From Styela clava (lineage: Eukaryota): a stretch of DNA of 64,000 nucleotides. The position numbers and the translations under genes were made by a program. Positions 25,501 through 38,126 of this stretch are shown here, piece by piece (within the stretch, counting starts at the first letter, position 1; every line of letters begins with the position of its first letter). The stretch lies in assembly GCF_964204865.1 (NCBI RefSeq), contig NC_135253.1, positions 14,508,001-14,572,000 on the forward strand, read 5' to 3'. The notes beneath the pieces were generated by a model. The model was not told where the DNA came from and made no database searches. It worked only from the letters and a program-made list of their open reading frames with translations.

Positions 25501-25975
25501 AACTTTTTCAGTGGCAGTTAGCCCGTGTAGAATTTCAAGTTCTCTAGATCAGCTTTATCGATATTTTACGCCATAATACCACGCAAGTATCAATGTATGC
25601 GTAATGAAATATCTCAAAATAATAACAATTCATAATAAAACGAAACAAAAATATGAATTTCATATTATTATACAAACTATTCGTTGTGAGTTTAGGTTTT
25701 CTTGTACCGTTGATCTATAATACACATTTTTGAGTTTTTTTTTTAATTATTTCTTACTTTTATCATTTTAATCATCAAAATTTTAAATAAATCGAACTTA
25801 TCCACAGGAATATACCTACGACTTCCGAAAGCTTTGAAAGTATGGCCAGTAGTATAACTACATAAACTCCAATATAATGCAGTATTCGATCTGATCCAAG
25901 TTCGATGACAATTTCTTTTTCATGCTTCTGAGACGCCTGTTCCAGACCTTTTGTAGCTTCGTAAGGGTTAGACAT
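22539..25975 (-). CDS. Pannexin/innexin-like channel D (6 exons, ~470 aa)
   Basis: Exons 25975-25816, 25487-25249, 24696-24557, 24246-23958, 23571-23210 and 22761-22539; GT-AG, frame continuous over 1413 nt. Motifs IELGSDRILHYIGVY, KLSCYP...FCWES, WMPYGMLFEAFLFALPSVWWHFRVGARLMGHLKFMK and FRCDVIYHEEKCMVC. Confidence 0.9.
24315..24400. mobile_element. Partial palindromic MITE (same family as 3268 and 55460) in intron 3 of gene D
   Basis: Near-identical to 3292-3377. Confidence 0.75.
24946..25183. mobile_element. hAT-type MITE in intron 2 of gene D
   Basis: TIRs CAGAGGTGGGCAA / TTGCCCATGTCTG; TSD GTATATAA/GTATGTAA. The core CCAGGGGCCAAAAATTTTGCCCACTTAGACTG is shared with 58250-58510. Confidence 0.8.
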
Positions 25976-27476
25976 GATAAACTTTACTTGAATGCAAAAT
26001 AACAAATCGCCTAAGTTTCGATTTATATTTCTTTTAAGAAGAATGAGAACCAGAATACCGGATCAGGCAATAGCTTGATCTAAGATTTTTTTGTCACTTC
26101 AGAGGAGGTGGTTCTATACTCATACTCTACACTGCTCAAAGTTCTCGGTTGGTGTATTTCATTTCCAGTTGGCCAATCGTAATCCTTCAATATTTATGTT
26201 ATAAACGTTTGTATAAACGATCTTCTGCCCACTTTGCTACTTTTATTATTCCGGAAATACAGTGCCGATGATTCAATCCTCTCCTACTTGCACAATCATT
26301 AAGATTATTCCCAGACTTGTGCCATGTCTATATTTACCAAGAACACTCTTAATGAAAACCGTGTGTTCATACTTGATCGTGGATATATTAAAAATTGACT
26401 ACTGGAGTCAATGAATAATTCAGAAACCAATGTGTCATGGAAGCATTCGATCGAATGCCCAAGACGAAAGAGAATAGCAACGAAGAAGTAAAGAAAGTGT
26501 AAAATACATTAGTTCCTCGTTACATGTTATGTAGATCTTAAGTAATACATATATTCTTTAACCTCATACAAGATTTCTGATTTACTTTATTTTTAAATAC
26601 TTTTATAAAATTTTCTTTTATTCGAGCTCATGCACCCTATATCATTATACATACAAGGCCTCTCCTAATAGACAAGAACGAAGCCCGTTCAAAAGCAATG
26701 TCATGATTGGATTATAACGTGAATTCATTTGCAATATTTAACATGAGACCATTAATTATGTTGCGAAAAGAAAAAATAAATTGACAAATAATGGTCTCCT
26801 TTCGAAGTACTGGCATAATTTAAAGATCCAAACTTAGCAAACGGAGTTACATGTTTACGACAGACTTTTAGTCTGTGGTGAGAATAACTAAACTTAAAAG
26901 TCGTTCCAAGCAGATGAAAAAGCAAAATGAATGATACATTTTAAAACTTTAGCAATGAATTGATATCATACAAATAAAATATTTTTCGTTGTTTTGTAAA
27001 GAGTTGCAATCGAACTCGGAAATTTGCAAACTTTCAACTTCGATTCAGAAGGATAACTTTGAAAGATTAAAAAGAAAAGGTTTGATGGACATAAAATGGC
27101 TCCTTGTGTAACACTACAGTCTCGTTACCGTTTGAGGTTTTAAATATTTCATAATAAAGTTTGAAGTCACGTTCGAGCAATAATCAACCTAACATTGCAT
27201 TATTTTTTTTGTTTAAATCTTAAAATTGCCTCAGTTTGCTTAATATCTATACATTCTGTGTATTTGATTTTCATATGACAATCTTACAATCATTTTATCT
27301 CTTAATAACAGTCGTAAAATATACCACAACCATTAAACCATTCTTGTTAAAAACAAATGTAATTTAGCTTAAAGCGCAATGTAAAATTATAAGGAATGCC
27401 ATCTATTTTAAGTTATATAAAACAGATTTTTCTAGCAGTATTTCACAAAAAAAAAATACAATTTAACAAAGTCATT

Positions 27477-29361
27477 TTAGAGAAGAGATACGACAAATGT
27501 TACATCATCTGTACCGTTTACCACGGCATCCATTACTTTAGCTGAAGTGACTTCTTCCTCTTTCTTTTCGCCGGATCTAAATTTTATTGCATACAAAGCA
27601 CGATCTTGTGTGTATTCGTCTGGAAGCGTCCAACCCGGATCAGTGATACCTAAATGGCATTAGACAATTCCGTGTAATTAATGTAAATTTTTGTAACTAC
27701 ATTTTCACGCACTCAATGGTTTTCAAGAATCATGTCAGAATGTTTATGAAATCCTGCTTAAATTTTTTAGTATTTATATTTTTTTCGACGATAAACGAGA
27801 AACTATTTTTGCACAGAAGCATGTTGATGAATATTATTTGAACTTTGTTATTTATCTAGATTCTAAAATCATTCTGATAGAACGAATTGTTTTCTATCCA
27901 CAAAAAAAAAAAAATTAAATTGAAAAATATCGATGATGATAAACTTAATTTAGTAAATTGAATCAGTTTTATGCATTAAAATTTCTTTCACAATTACACA
28001 GTCTTGTCTGAGCAGGGTCACTCTCTCTGGACAAGCAAATTCTCAAATTATTGCCAAGCGTTTTTTTGCAGATAGCCTAGCCCTAGATGAGAAATTGCTA
28101 TCGCACTGTCGAGACAAGATTTGAGTAAAAATTGAAAGCAACTAATGGTTAATATAACAATAAAGTGGAAAAATTGAAGTTTGAATCAAAAGTAGATTTG
28201 GAATATCAGGAAAATCAATTTAAAATTTATATAAAATCCTCTCGATGTTATTTTATTGAATGTCATGGATATTTACTGAAATCTGAACGTTATATTTTGA
28301 AATAAATTACATACAATTCTCTTCCATAGGAATAATCTATGTGAATACTGGTAATGAATATTCAACATACTTTTGACCAACTCCATGTTCCAACCTTTGT
28401 TCTCAGCCGGGCAGATTTTATAAAGTCTATAGATTCTGTCCGAAAGATTTTCAGTTTGCAGACAATCGGCCAATGCATCATCGGGAAGCTTGATTTTCTT
28501 GTTATCCTTGTTTATCACTATAGGCATGAATTACGGAACCGTAGTTAATATTTGACTTTATGCCGTAAAAAAAGAAATCAGTTGTCTCATGAAAAATTGT
28601 CTGGGTCGAAGAATTCCAAACAGATGCTCACATCAAATATTGGTTCATGATCGCCACCAAGAGGCGGTATGCTAAACAGTTTGGATTTATACAAAACAAC
28701 AGCGTTAAACAACTTTTTTATTTAACAAACTTTTCATCAGACATGAGGTGGAACTTATTGTTGCAGTTTTGTTATCACTTGTCTGAGTAACTACTGGATA
28801 AATATCAAATTTTCAATAAATTTTATTTTAATACTTATTCCAGTCTCACGTGACTTAACTTTTCATCCTTTTTGATGATTTGTTTTGATTCATGGGAACA
28901 CTAGGTTGACTTTCAACTTTTGCGTCCATATATTAAAGCATTACAGTTTAAAGTAAAAAATAACCGAAATTACTGTCAATCAAAACTAGTTTCGACAGCT
29001 CTTTCTCTCATAGCAAATATGGCGAACTTTGTTCGAGTAAGTTACAAAAATACAGCCGAACTAAGTTAATAACAGCCAAGGTTTCATAACTAATTCAAAT
29101 ACAACTCCAATTATAAAAGCTAAAAGATTTCTTCAAAAGCATTGCTATCAAACTCATTCTTCAATTACTAAATTCTTCTTCAAATGTAGTTGAAACAAAA
29201 TAAAACCAAGATGACAGACCGACATTATCAATAAAGCTATTAACTGACAAAGGCAGTATTTATTTTGGTTCTTTTTAGGTTTTTTACTTCACACTATTCT
29301 ACTTATATATGTTATTAAGTCTAAAAGCGTTTTAATTACAATACTCACCAAAGAAATCCAT
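27477..29361 (-). CDS. Uncharacterised small protein X1 (3 exons, 110 aa), paralog of X2
   Basis: Exons 29361-29349 (ATGGATTTCTTTG|GTGAGT), 28517-28371 and 27649-27477; phase-1 GT-AG introns; 333 nt open. MDFFVINKDNKKIKLPDDALADCLQTENLSDRIYRLYKICPAENKGWNMELVKSITDPGWTLPDEYTQDRALYAIKFRSGEKKEEEVTSAKVMDAVVNGTDDVTFVVSLL. Same exon structure as X2 and about one-third identity to it. Confidence 0.82.
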
Positions 29362-32300
29362 GTTCTTTTTTAATGAACGCTGCTGTTGAACTAATTAAAA
29401 TGTAGCCTACTATCTGTCAGTTACACACATTATGCTATACTCATGCAAAATGAAAACTTATATACTCGAGAAAAAAAGGATTAAGAATCAAGATCATACT
29501 AAAAACAGGAAGAGGATATTATTTCAGGCTATAATAATAATCACTGCCATAAGCTGCCTCAGTCTTCAGTTTCTAAGTTAGTTTTGTATTATTTGTAAGT
29601 AGACCGAGAATTATAAGACTTCTGAGCGTGGTCCTCCTGTTCGGGGGTCTAAATCTAAAAATATTTATGACATATAAACGAAAATGTATTTAATTAATTC
29701 CTGAAGTACAGATTTACAAACTAGAACAACTTAATTTTAGGAGTATTTATATCTTTAGAAGTATCCGTTATCTGTTTTTCATAAGTGGTGATCAACGCTT
29801 TATTAACTAAAAATTTAAATACTTTTTACAACTGGCATTCAGCCTGTCTAGTCGTGTATATAATAATAGACATTAACTACTATATCTAAGCCAAAAACCT
29901 CACGATACCATACTAGTTTTTCGCAATTCAGTGAGGGATTTGAAATCATAAATATGGATGGAAATATGAGAGGAAACTGCAACCTTTTTCAGTCGTAGGA
30001 AATTGAGACTGAATTGGTTATCTCATATTTTATCAGATACAAAGATTACGTTTACAGTAAAACTTTTAAATTATATATTCATAAGACTTATATATGCACG
30101 CAATCTGTAAAGATTATCTATCCCTTTCTTTTTGCCCACTAATGGCAGACTGACTTTTTATAAAATGATATGAAATAAAATTTCGATGTCCTAAATGAGA
30201 AATCAACACAAATTAAATTAGGATCTTCGTAGCATGTTACAAAATAATAAGTAAAACTAAAGTATTTTCCAAAGATTTTACCAAACTTATCAACACCAGT
30301 CGCGTAAAATATAATCTTATTCCTGTAACTAGCGAAATATCAGAATGAAATTGACGTTAAAAAGGGTTACAAAAATGAGGCGTATTCAGTTAAATGTTGT
30401 AAGCGCATGAAAGCTACCGCCAGTTTTTTTAAATACAATCATACTTAACAGAAATTTGTTAGACTTACATTACAGATACACTTGCAACTGGAACAAAAAA
30501 CTCGCATTTTAAAACAAAAATCTCATTAACGCAACACTTCAATTTACAACGACCAGTATGTTTGCAATACATTGCATATGCCCATCGACATCTTCCCTAG
30601 AGGCCAAATTATTTTCACATTTAGCTCATACTTCGGACTAATGATCGTTAAGCTTCGTCTTGAACAGAAAATTGGTAGCGCACTAGAGTTAGCAATGGGG
30701 ATGAATTTATGATTCGGTTTTCCTCACCGTGTTTAAGCGCAGCAACAGTTGGAAATCCACCACACTGCGCACAACTGGATGGAACGAGAACAATTCCTCT
30801 GGTCAAAAAAGGATGATTGACTATTAAAAAATTGCATTTTTGGTTCGTCTCCTCAGCTCTACATTTTCATATGATTCAATTCATATTAGACCGCGTATAT
30901 AAATCATCCTATGTATTTTGTACACGAATACCAGATTTTATTATTCTTCAGCAATTCTATTGTCGTTGTATCTTTTATCTCAATACGCGACAGCCTGCCT
31001 ACTAACCAAGTTTCAATAAATTCTAGTCTAGGTTAACCAGTGATGAATGAATCGCATTGTAAGTCAATAATAATACCAATGATCGACCCTATTATACCTG
31101 TTATGGTTGAGCGATGAGCGAGATGCTTGGATAGTTCACGTTAACAAAATATCATGAAAAATACACGTTAGTTTGAGAACATCTCCTATGCTGTTTCGTT
31201 GTTCGTTCGTTTCGTTCTCGTTGTAAAAACGCTGTAAAGTGTGTTTACTTTTATTAAGAAAAATATCGTACAGCAACCATGATCAAATTGTAAATATCAT
31301 TCTTATATACAACGCAAGCGATGACGCCTCACAGGCAGAAACGCTCACATAATGTATTGTCGGCCTTTGGGGTATATGGCCAATGAATTTCATCCTTCAT
31401 TACCAAGCTTACCTTGAGTTCAAATCAAAAACAACTAGAATCTACTTCTTTAACGAAGTCCAACACGGTCTAAGGTAATCTTCCTCCAAAAATATTGAGC
31501 TCCATGTATAAAAACATTACTTTCAAGAACTGTACTTGTATTTTATGACAAGTTCGGGTCGTATATGCGAGAAGATAACTATTTAAATGAAAGTGGCTGA
31601 CGGTGGAGGCAACCGCCCGGCGGTTTGGTGAAGAGCTCTTGTTACGTATACCATCTTGCGCTACAAAGTTGCTAACGGCAGTCTTCCAAAATATTCATTC
31701 ACAGACACATTATTCAGCAAGCCAATAATAGAAATTCAAAATGCTTGTATTATACTGTTTAACGGGACGATATCTTATCATGTTCTTCGTAAATAAGAAA
31801 ATCGATTTTTCAATGACAACAAAGCAACCAGGTAATTATTAATCCTACACGAATATAATTTTGTCTTACAGGCTTTCGTTTGGATAAAAAATCGATAGTG
31901 ATGAACAGGCGGTGTAAATAGAGAGGATTACCCATTCTCCATGAATAACTTTAAAATTATTCAAGATATAGGTACAAATTTCAACAGTCCATCATATTTA
32001 TGTTTAGATAGTTATTCGTGGCAGATGCTTGTTTGTGAGCATGTTACGGAAAAGTCCTTATTATATGGCGATTCATCATTTTAGAATTAGAGAAAGATAG
32101 TTATCTTACCTCATATTGCATTAAAATCATACTAAATTTAGTGAGATTTTATATTAATTAAATATCATTAGATCACCACAAAAGTTGGGTGGAATTAGGG
32201 ATGCCGAAGCTCAGTTCAGTTTGGATAAGTAATACGAACAATTGAAAAGAATCAAAGTATTATATTAGGGATATTTTTTACAAGGCCTCACCCCCATAAA

Positions 32301-33060
32301 AAACAGCCAACCCTCAAAATATGAAAATTAGTAATTATTAATTTAGGTTTTAGGTTAGGGCTAGGAATGCAGAGATTACTTCTTGACTGTGCGGCGTGAA
32401 ATTCAACAACAACCATCTAATTAACAATTAGGTAATGCGGCATATTGTGATATATAAGGTAGTTCAGTTATCGCTTGCTGTTGAGTTTGTAGCTGATGAG
32501 TTTCGAAACCATATTTTATCACAGACACCACTCAATAAGTCAATATTAAGTAAGCCAATCACCAGCATTAATTGTGTTGTATTGGGAAATGTTCAAACTG
32601 TTTATACTTTATAGAGTTACGTTTGAATTTTAATCATTTATCCGTAATTGTACCGGATATATTTACCATACTAGCAAGCTTCCTCCAAATAGAAGTACGG
32701 ATACGAATGCGCATAGAATAGGTATTACTGGTACATTTTTATGAATGATTTTGCCGGATCAAACCCCTTTCACTCTACTCGGTTACTACATTTTTTTGAG
32801 AAAACTTCTAACGAGTTTTGCATAACGATCAGCTGTGGTTACACAAATACATTTCTCTAACTAACTTAATTTGACCTGACTTCTATATACAGTCATATTT
32901 TTGACAAAAAAGCAATGGTATCACGTAAATAACGGAGATCACATTGGTGAATTTGTTTTTATACGTTTGTGTTATATTGCGCATCAGGACTCTTGGATCA
33001 CAAACAATCTTTCTTGTTATTTATTTTTATGAAAATATTTCCTGAAATATTAGTTATTTC

Positions 33061-33420
33061 CAGGCTTGTCCATGAGACATATTTTTCTGTCCTATTCCCA
33101 TCCCATGGCAATTCTGCCTGTCCCACCCCATCGCATTCCCATCCCAGGCTTAGCGTCTACTAAAATAGGACTACATGTACGAATAGACATGCATAACAAC
33201 AAAATTTACGGACTTTTTATTTAACTTTATATTCATAAATATTATACGTGTGCTGAATATTTTTGAATATATTTTGCTCTTTATAACTAACAAGAGAGCT
33301 AGGCTCAAATATATGGACACGAGTTCCATAACGAAATGTTTTACCATCATTTCCCCGAAAATCATTCGTGTCCCATGGGAAATACAAATGTATGCTGACC
33401 CATCCCATTGGACAAGCCTG
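33061..33420. mobile_element. hAT-type MITE, TIR CAGGCTTGTCCA
   Basis: TIRs CAGGCTTGTCCA / TGGACAAGCCTG; perfect 8-bp TSD GTTATTTC; ATCCC subterminal repeats; second copy at 42390-42837. Confidence 0.9.
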
Positions 33421-36400
33421 GTTATTTCTGTATAATTCAGCGTTAAGTATGAGGCCCTATATACCACTCGTTTGCATTATTGGACACGTAGTGGACATAA
33501 CGATCGTTTCAATATTATGTTGTTCTTGTTGTTTGACACAGAATAACACACCTAGTGGAAATATTAAAAAACCGCTTTTCTCTTCGAATACTGGACCAAT
33601 TGCTTTGAAATTTTCAGTGGTTGAAGATAAAATTTTCCCCCAGAAGGCTATTACTTTTATTCATTTTAAATATTTCTGTTAAATAGCTCTGTGAGATTTG
33701 TTTTTGTTTGCTATGACATCATTAAACGTTCTGCGGACATCGGACGCCATTTTGTGTCCTACTGTACTGCATTGCTTGGTGTGAATATATTTGTAGACTG
33801 TGATCTGACGGTACGGTAAACCGTACTGTACTGCGAACAGACGTGTCCATATATTTGGGCGTAGCTCTCTTGTTAAATATCTAATGAACATCCACATCTT
33901 GAGATCTTTTTCACTTCGAGCATATTCGCATTCATTTCCACCTCTTTCCTTGTAGTGGACTTTTTGTTTTTGCAACATATTTTGTGTCAGTTTAATACAT
34001 ATATATACCAAATACATACCATGAAAATTCCAGATATACATATAAAATAAATGCTGGAAATTCAACTGTAACAGTTTGAGGTTTGTTACTTTGTTAACCA
34101 ATTTTGGAAATTCAACCAATCTCTATTTCAAATTTATCTGTTTAGATTGTTTGAATCTTTTATATCTAACTCGTTAATTTATCTACGTGGAAACGTAGTG
34201 ATTTCTTATTTCACGTAGGAAAATCAACTCCATGTTTTAGTCTGACTAAGTTGGCTTGTAGTAGATACTTGGGTCGAACAGTACGATCAGAAAAAGCTAC
34301 TCCAGGCGTAGCAAAGTAATACGAATAGATTAATAGTGGTTGGTATCTTTACTGTTTCTTGTCGGATGCGAACAATACCATTTGCAAAATAATTCTATAA
34401 TAGGATTTTGTGACTTTTTTTCTCGAGCGCAAGGATCTAACATTCAGATAAGAGTAAAACTCACACCCGGATAGAAAAATGTGATAAAATAGCATGGATA
34501 AATGCAGGACATACACAATTTTAGTTGTTGTCCATACTTTCCTTAACCGATAAGCTTTTCATATTTTGCATTATCTGTTTTAGATTTATTTTATAATTAG
34601 AATCTCAGTATATAGTATTGTTTGATGGCGCTTGAAAAATAAACTTTCTTTGCCATATATCGGTAGTTCGCTTCTAATCGTACTCCTTCAAGTGAGCATA
34701 TGTTTGCAACTCAACATTTCAATTATGAAGATATTTATTATTACAGCAGTAGATCGCAAGACTGTATGTTGCATCGTGGGATATCCGGCAAATTTCCATT
34801 CGTATCATATTACTTCCAAGCAATGGCGTCATTCGATTCATTGCATCCAAAATTGCATTATTGAGAACGCATTTATGACAGCATGTTCCGAAACATTACG
34901 TACCAATGTGTAATGTCAGTGCAGTAAATAGTGATTAATAAAAAAAATTCCTGAGGACTAGCAGTGTGGTCACATTCTTCTACGTATATACATATATATT
35001 ACATTTTATAGTATGTATATATGATTTATCTTACATATTATATTTTCTATACATCCATGTGGCGATGTTCGCGATAGTTCTATGTGTCCACTTTCGGCGC
35101 TGTTGTGCGATTAGTTAGCGTACCATTTGATGCTGGGAGCTATCATCTACATTCTACGTCACACAGGTATTTCTGCTTACTAAATAAGAGACAAAAAACT
35201 TTACAAGATAAAGAAAAAAGCTATTAAGTACCACCTGTAGTCCACTTCTTCTGTTGTTATTCGCTTACAAACTAACCTGCGAATGAAGTCCGCTTTTGTA
35301 GACGGCGCTCTGAGGGTTAGATGGGTAATCAGATGTTTTGCGCCGTTAGGATGCCGTTGTTGTTGCCTGGGAAATCTTATACAGCTTATATCAAGCCTAG
35401 TAAATGCTTTTGAAAGTCAATTTAAATCTTGATCAGTTTAACTCAATTAGAGTCGATTTATTTTGCGTCTTTCAAACATCGGCGAGAGAGTAAATCAATT
35501 ATGACGATATTTTTGGACCGGTAGTAAGGTTGAGGTTTTTGAAAGCTCCTATATGAGGTGATATTTTTGAAAGCGTCTATATGAGTTGATATTTTTCCTC
35601 TCAGATAATTTTTTTTGTGAAATCAAATGAGGGTGGATCGTGAGAACATAAAAAAATGAATATATTGTGCTCACATCTAAAATACATGTCCTAACTGAGA
35701 GAACGGGATACAGTAGACAGATGCCATTATTCGGACTGAATACTGTTTGAGGCTTGGATGCTGAAGCAGACAAAAATAACGTGACCTTTGCAACATCTTG
35801 GTGATGGATTAAAAATGAGAGCCATATGAAGAATTCTGACATTCTTTTTATTCCGCGGTACTAGTTCGGAATCGTTTTATGCAGTAGAAAATATGGAAAT
35901 AAAACCGCTATAAGCACCAGTGAAGGTCACCGACAAGACAGGAACTTTTTAAGCATAATGATTTCTGATACCTGAAGAGTCCGCTCAAAGGCGATTTACT
36001 GAATGCTGTGCCGAATTATATACTGTATTATATAAATCAACTATGTATTTTAACTGGGCGACTGTGTCTTCCACCTGCAACCAGGTACTCACAGCACTAT
36101 ATAGTGTTGTAAAAAACTACCAAAAATAATATTAAATTATGCGATTATTATTAATAATTGTGATATTCAGCTAGTGTAGACTCATATTATTGCATCACTG
36201 AACATGTGTTCATATTGCGTGAGCGTGATTTGACTTAAACTGTTCAGATTGATAATGAAATCAGAAAGACGCAGTGTAGACTAATAAAAACGGATGTAGA
36301 CGTCCGAGCTGTGAATATGCTATTGAGCTTGCTGCAGCGACAGAAATGTGGGCGATAAAAATCGAATCCTTGATGATCGTTTAACATTATTTGGTACTAG

Positions 36401-37049
36401 GGCCTACAAATTATACGAAGTGAATGCTAAAATAATTTTTGAAAGGAATTTAATAAAATGTTTGACCAAAGGCAGTATTATAGGTTCCATGCGAGTTTAT
36501 GAGTGTGGTATTTGTTACCAGGCGTAGATCAGTAATGCAGAGATACAAGAACATTTTCCGTACGCCGGTACGTGATAAATGAAAAAACTAAAGGGTATTC
36601 AATCTTGTTCGACATAATTCTTCTCAAAATAAACCTCCAATTTTCCCAAAATACACCTCCATTAATACCATCTATTTGATGTCTATTTTAGCAATACGCA
36701 TGTGCGTGCTCTCCTTAAATTATTCTACTCATACCTGCGATATTGCTGTCGTTTTTCAGATGAATTTTAAACAAAGTTAAAATAAATTCACATGTTAGTG
36801 GGAAGTACGTACACCCTTTCTGTGACCCTAAAATAGTCTTTATTTAGTCTGTAATTTGTTTGTTCATTTCAGTTTATTCATTGTTTGTTTGATTTTTTAA
36901 ATTGAGTTGTTAATCAACAGTTTTTGTCAAGTTTAAAAATATACTAAGATATATATTATAATTTAGATTATATTAAAATATTCTATTATCACAATCCGGA
37001 CTTGTTGAAAGGCCGTTGCCAGCCAACTCTAAATTACCACTTGGTGGAG

Positions 37050-38126
37050 ATGGAGTTCTACAGTAAGTATAAGTTTAACATAAGCAACCATCAACCTTCT
37101 ATAAAGTCCAATCATAAAGTTGCAAATTTTCAGATTATGTGTAAAACGGGACGTTGTTTTCTTAGTGATCTTTTCACCTTATCGACAATCTATCCAATTT
37201 GAGCTATCCATCAAGTTGAACAGATCTAGTCTTGTGCAACTACCACCAATATCTACATGATTTTTTCACTCATGAAAACAGATTAAGGAGATGGGAACCC
37301 ATGGAAATAACCTAAAAATATATCTTTTTATCTATAGTGGAAAACAAAAATTCTGTCCGAGTGAAGATGCCGGAAGACGAAGTAAAAGTTATAAAAATAT
37401 TAGGAAGAAACAATCTTCCCGATCGATTATTCGCACTGTACCTGATATGCCCGGAAAATGATGGGGATCAGTGGAATCAGCGTAAAACCAAAGGTAGGCT
37501 TGACTATACGATTGAATTCTTTTTTGCCGTTGCGAGATTGCCTTGTTATATTTCACGATTACAACAGTTTGAATTGTTTGCGATTTCGGTAGTAAAGCTC
37601 ATTCGATTATTGCATTTGTGCACTACCGTTATATTTTACGTTTGCCTCAGCTTATTGTGAAATTTGCATTGTTTTCTTGCTATAATGGTCTCACATATGG
37701 TCGGCAGTAGCAGTCTGAGGCGTTAAAGACAGCAAATCATATGTATATTGAAAGTATTTCACAAGTGTTTGTGATTTTTTGTTTTTACCACAAGCTATAA
37801 TGAGCTGTTATCTGTACTATAAAACAAAGAGTACGTTCTGATTGGGGTCAACTAGATTTGGACTTTCATTTATTTGTTTGTGCGTATCACTCCTGCCCAG
37901 TTTTCTGTGAATTTATTCAATTTTCCATTCTTTGGTTTCAGCTATCACTTCTAAAGACTGGGATCTTAATAAACTGACACCGGAAGAAAAAGAACAGCGA
38001 GCAAGTTACAGGGTACAATTCAAGTGTGGCGAGACTGAAGCTGATGCTACAAATGACAAAGTGAAAGGTTTCATTGTAGACACTGATCATGAGGATATGA
38101 TGTACTTCGTGATCTCGCGAAAATAA
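37050..38126 (+). CDS. Uncharacterised small protein X2 (3 exons, 117 aa), paralog of X1
   Basis: Exons 37050-37062 (ATGGAGTTCTACA|GTAAGT), 37338-37493 and 37942-38126; phase-1 GT-AG introns; 354 nt open. MEFYMENKNSVRVKMPEDEVKVIKILGRNNLPDRLFALYLICPENDGDQWNQRKTKAITSKDWDLNKLTPEEKEQRASYRVQFKCGETEADATNDKVKGFIVDTDHEDMMYFVISRK. Confidence 0.82.

Noticed and set aside
30550-31700. Coding-like or decayed transposon-like patches between X1 and X2 (e.g. minus-strand CAQCGGF)
   Set aside because: Short, interrupted by stops, with no convincing motif or splice structure; needs a translated search.
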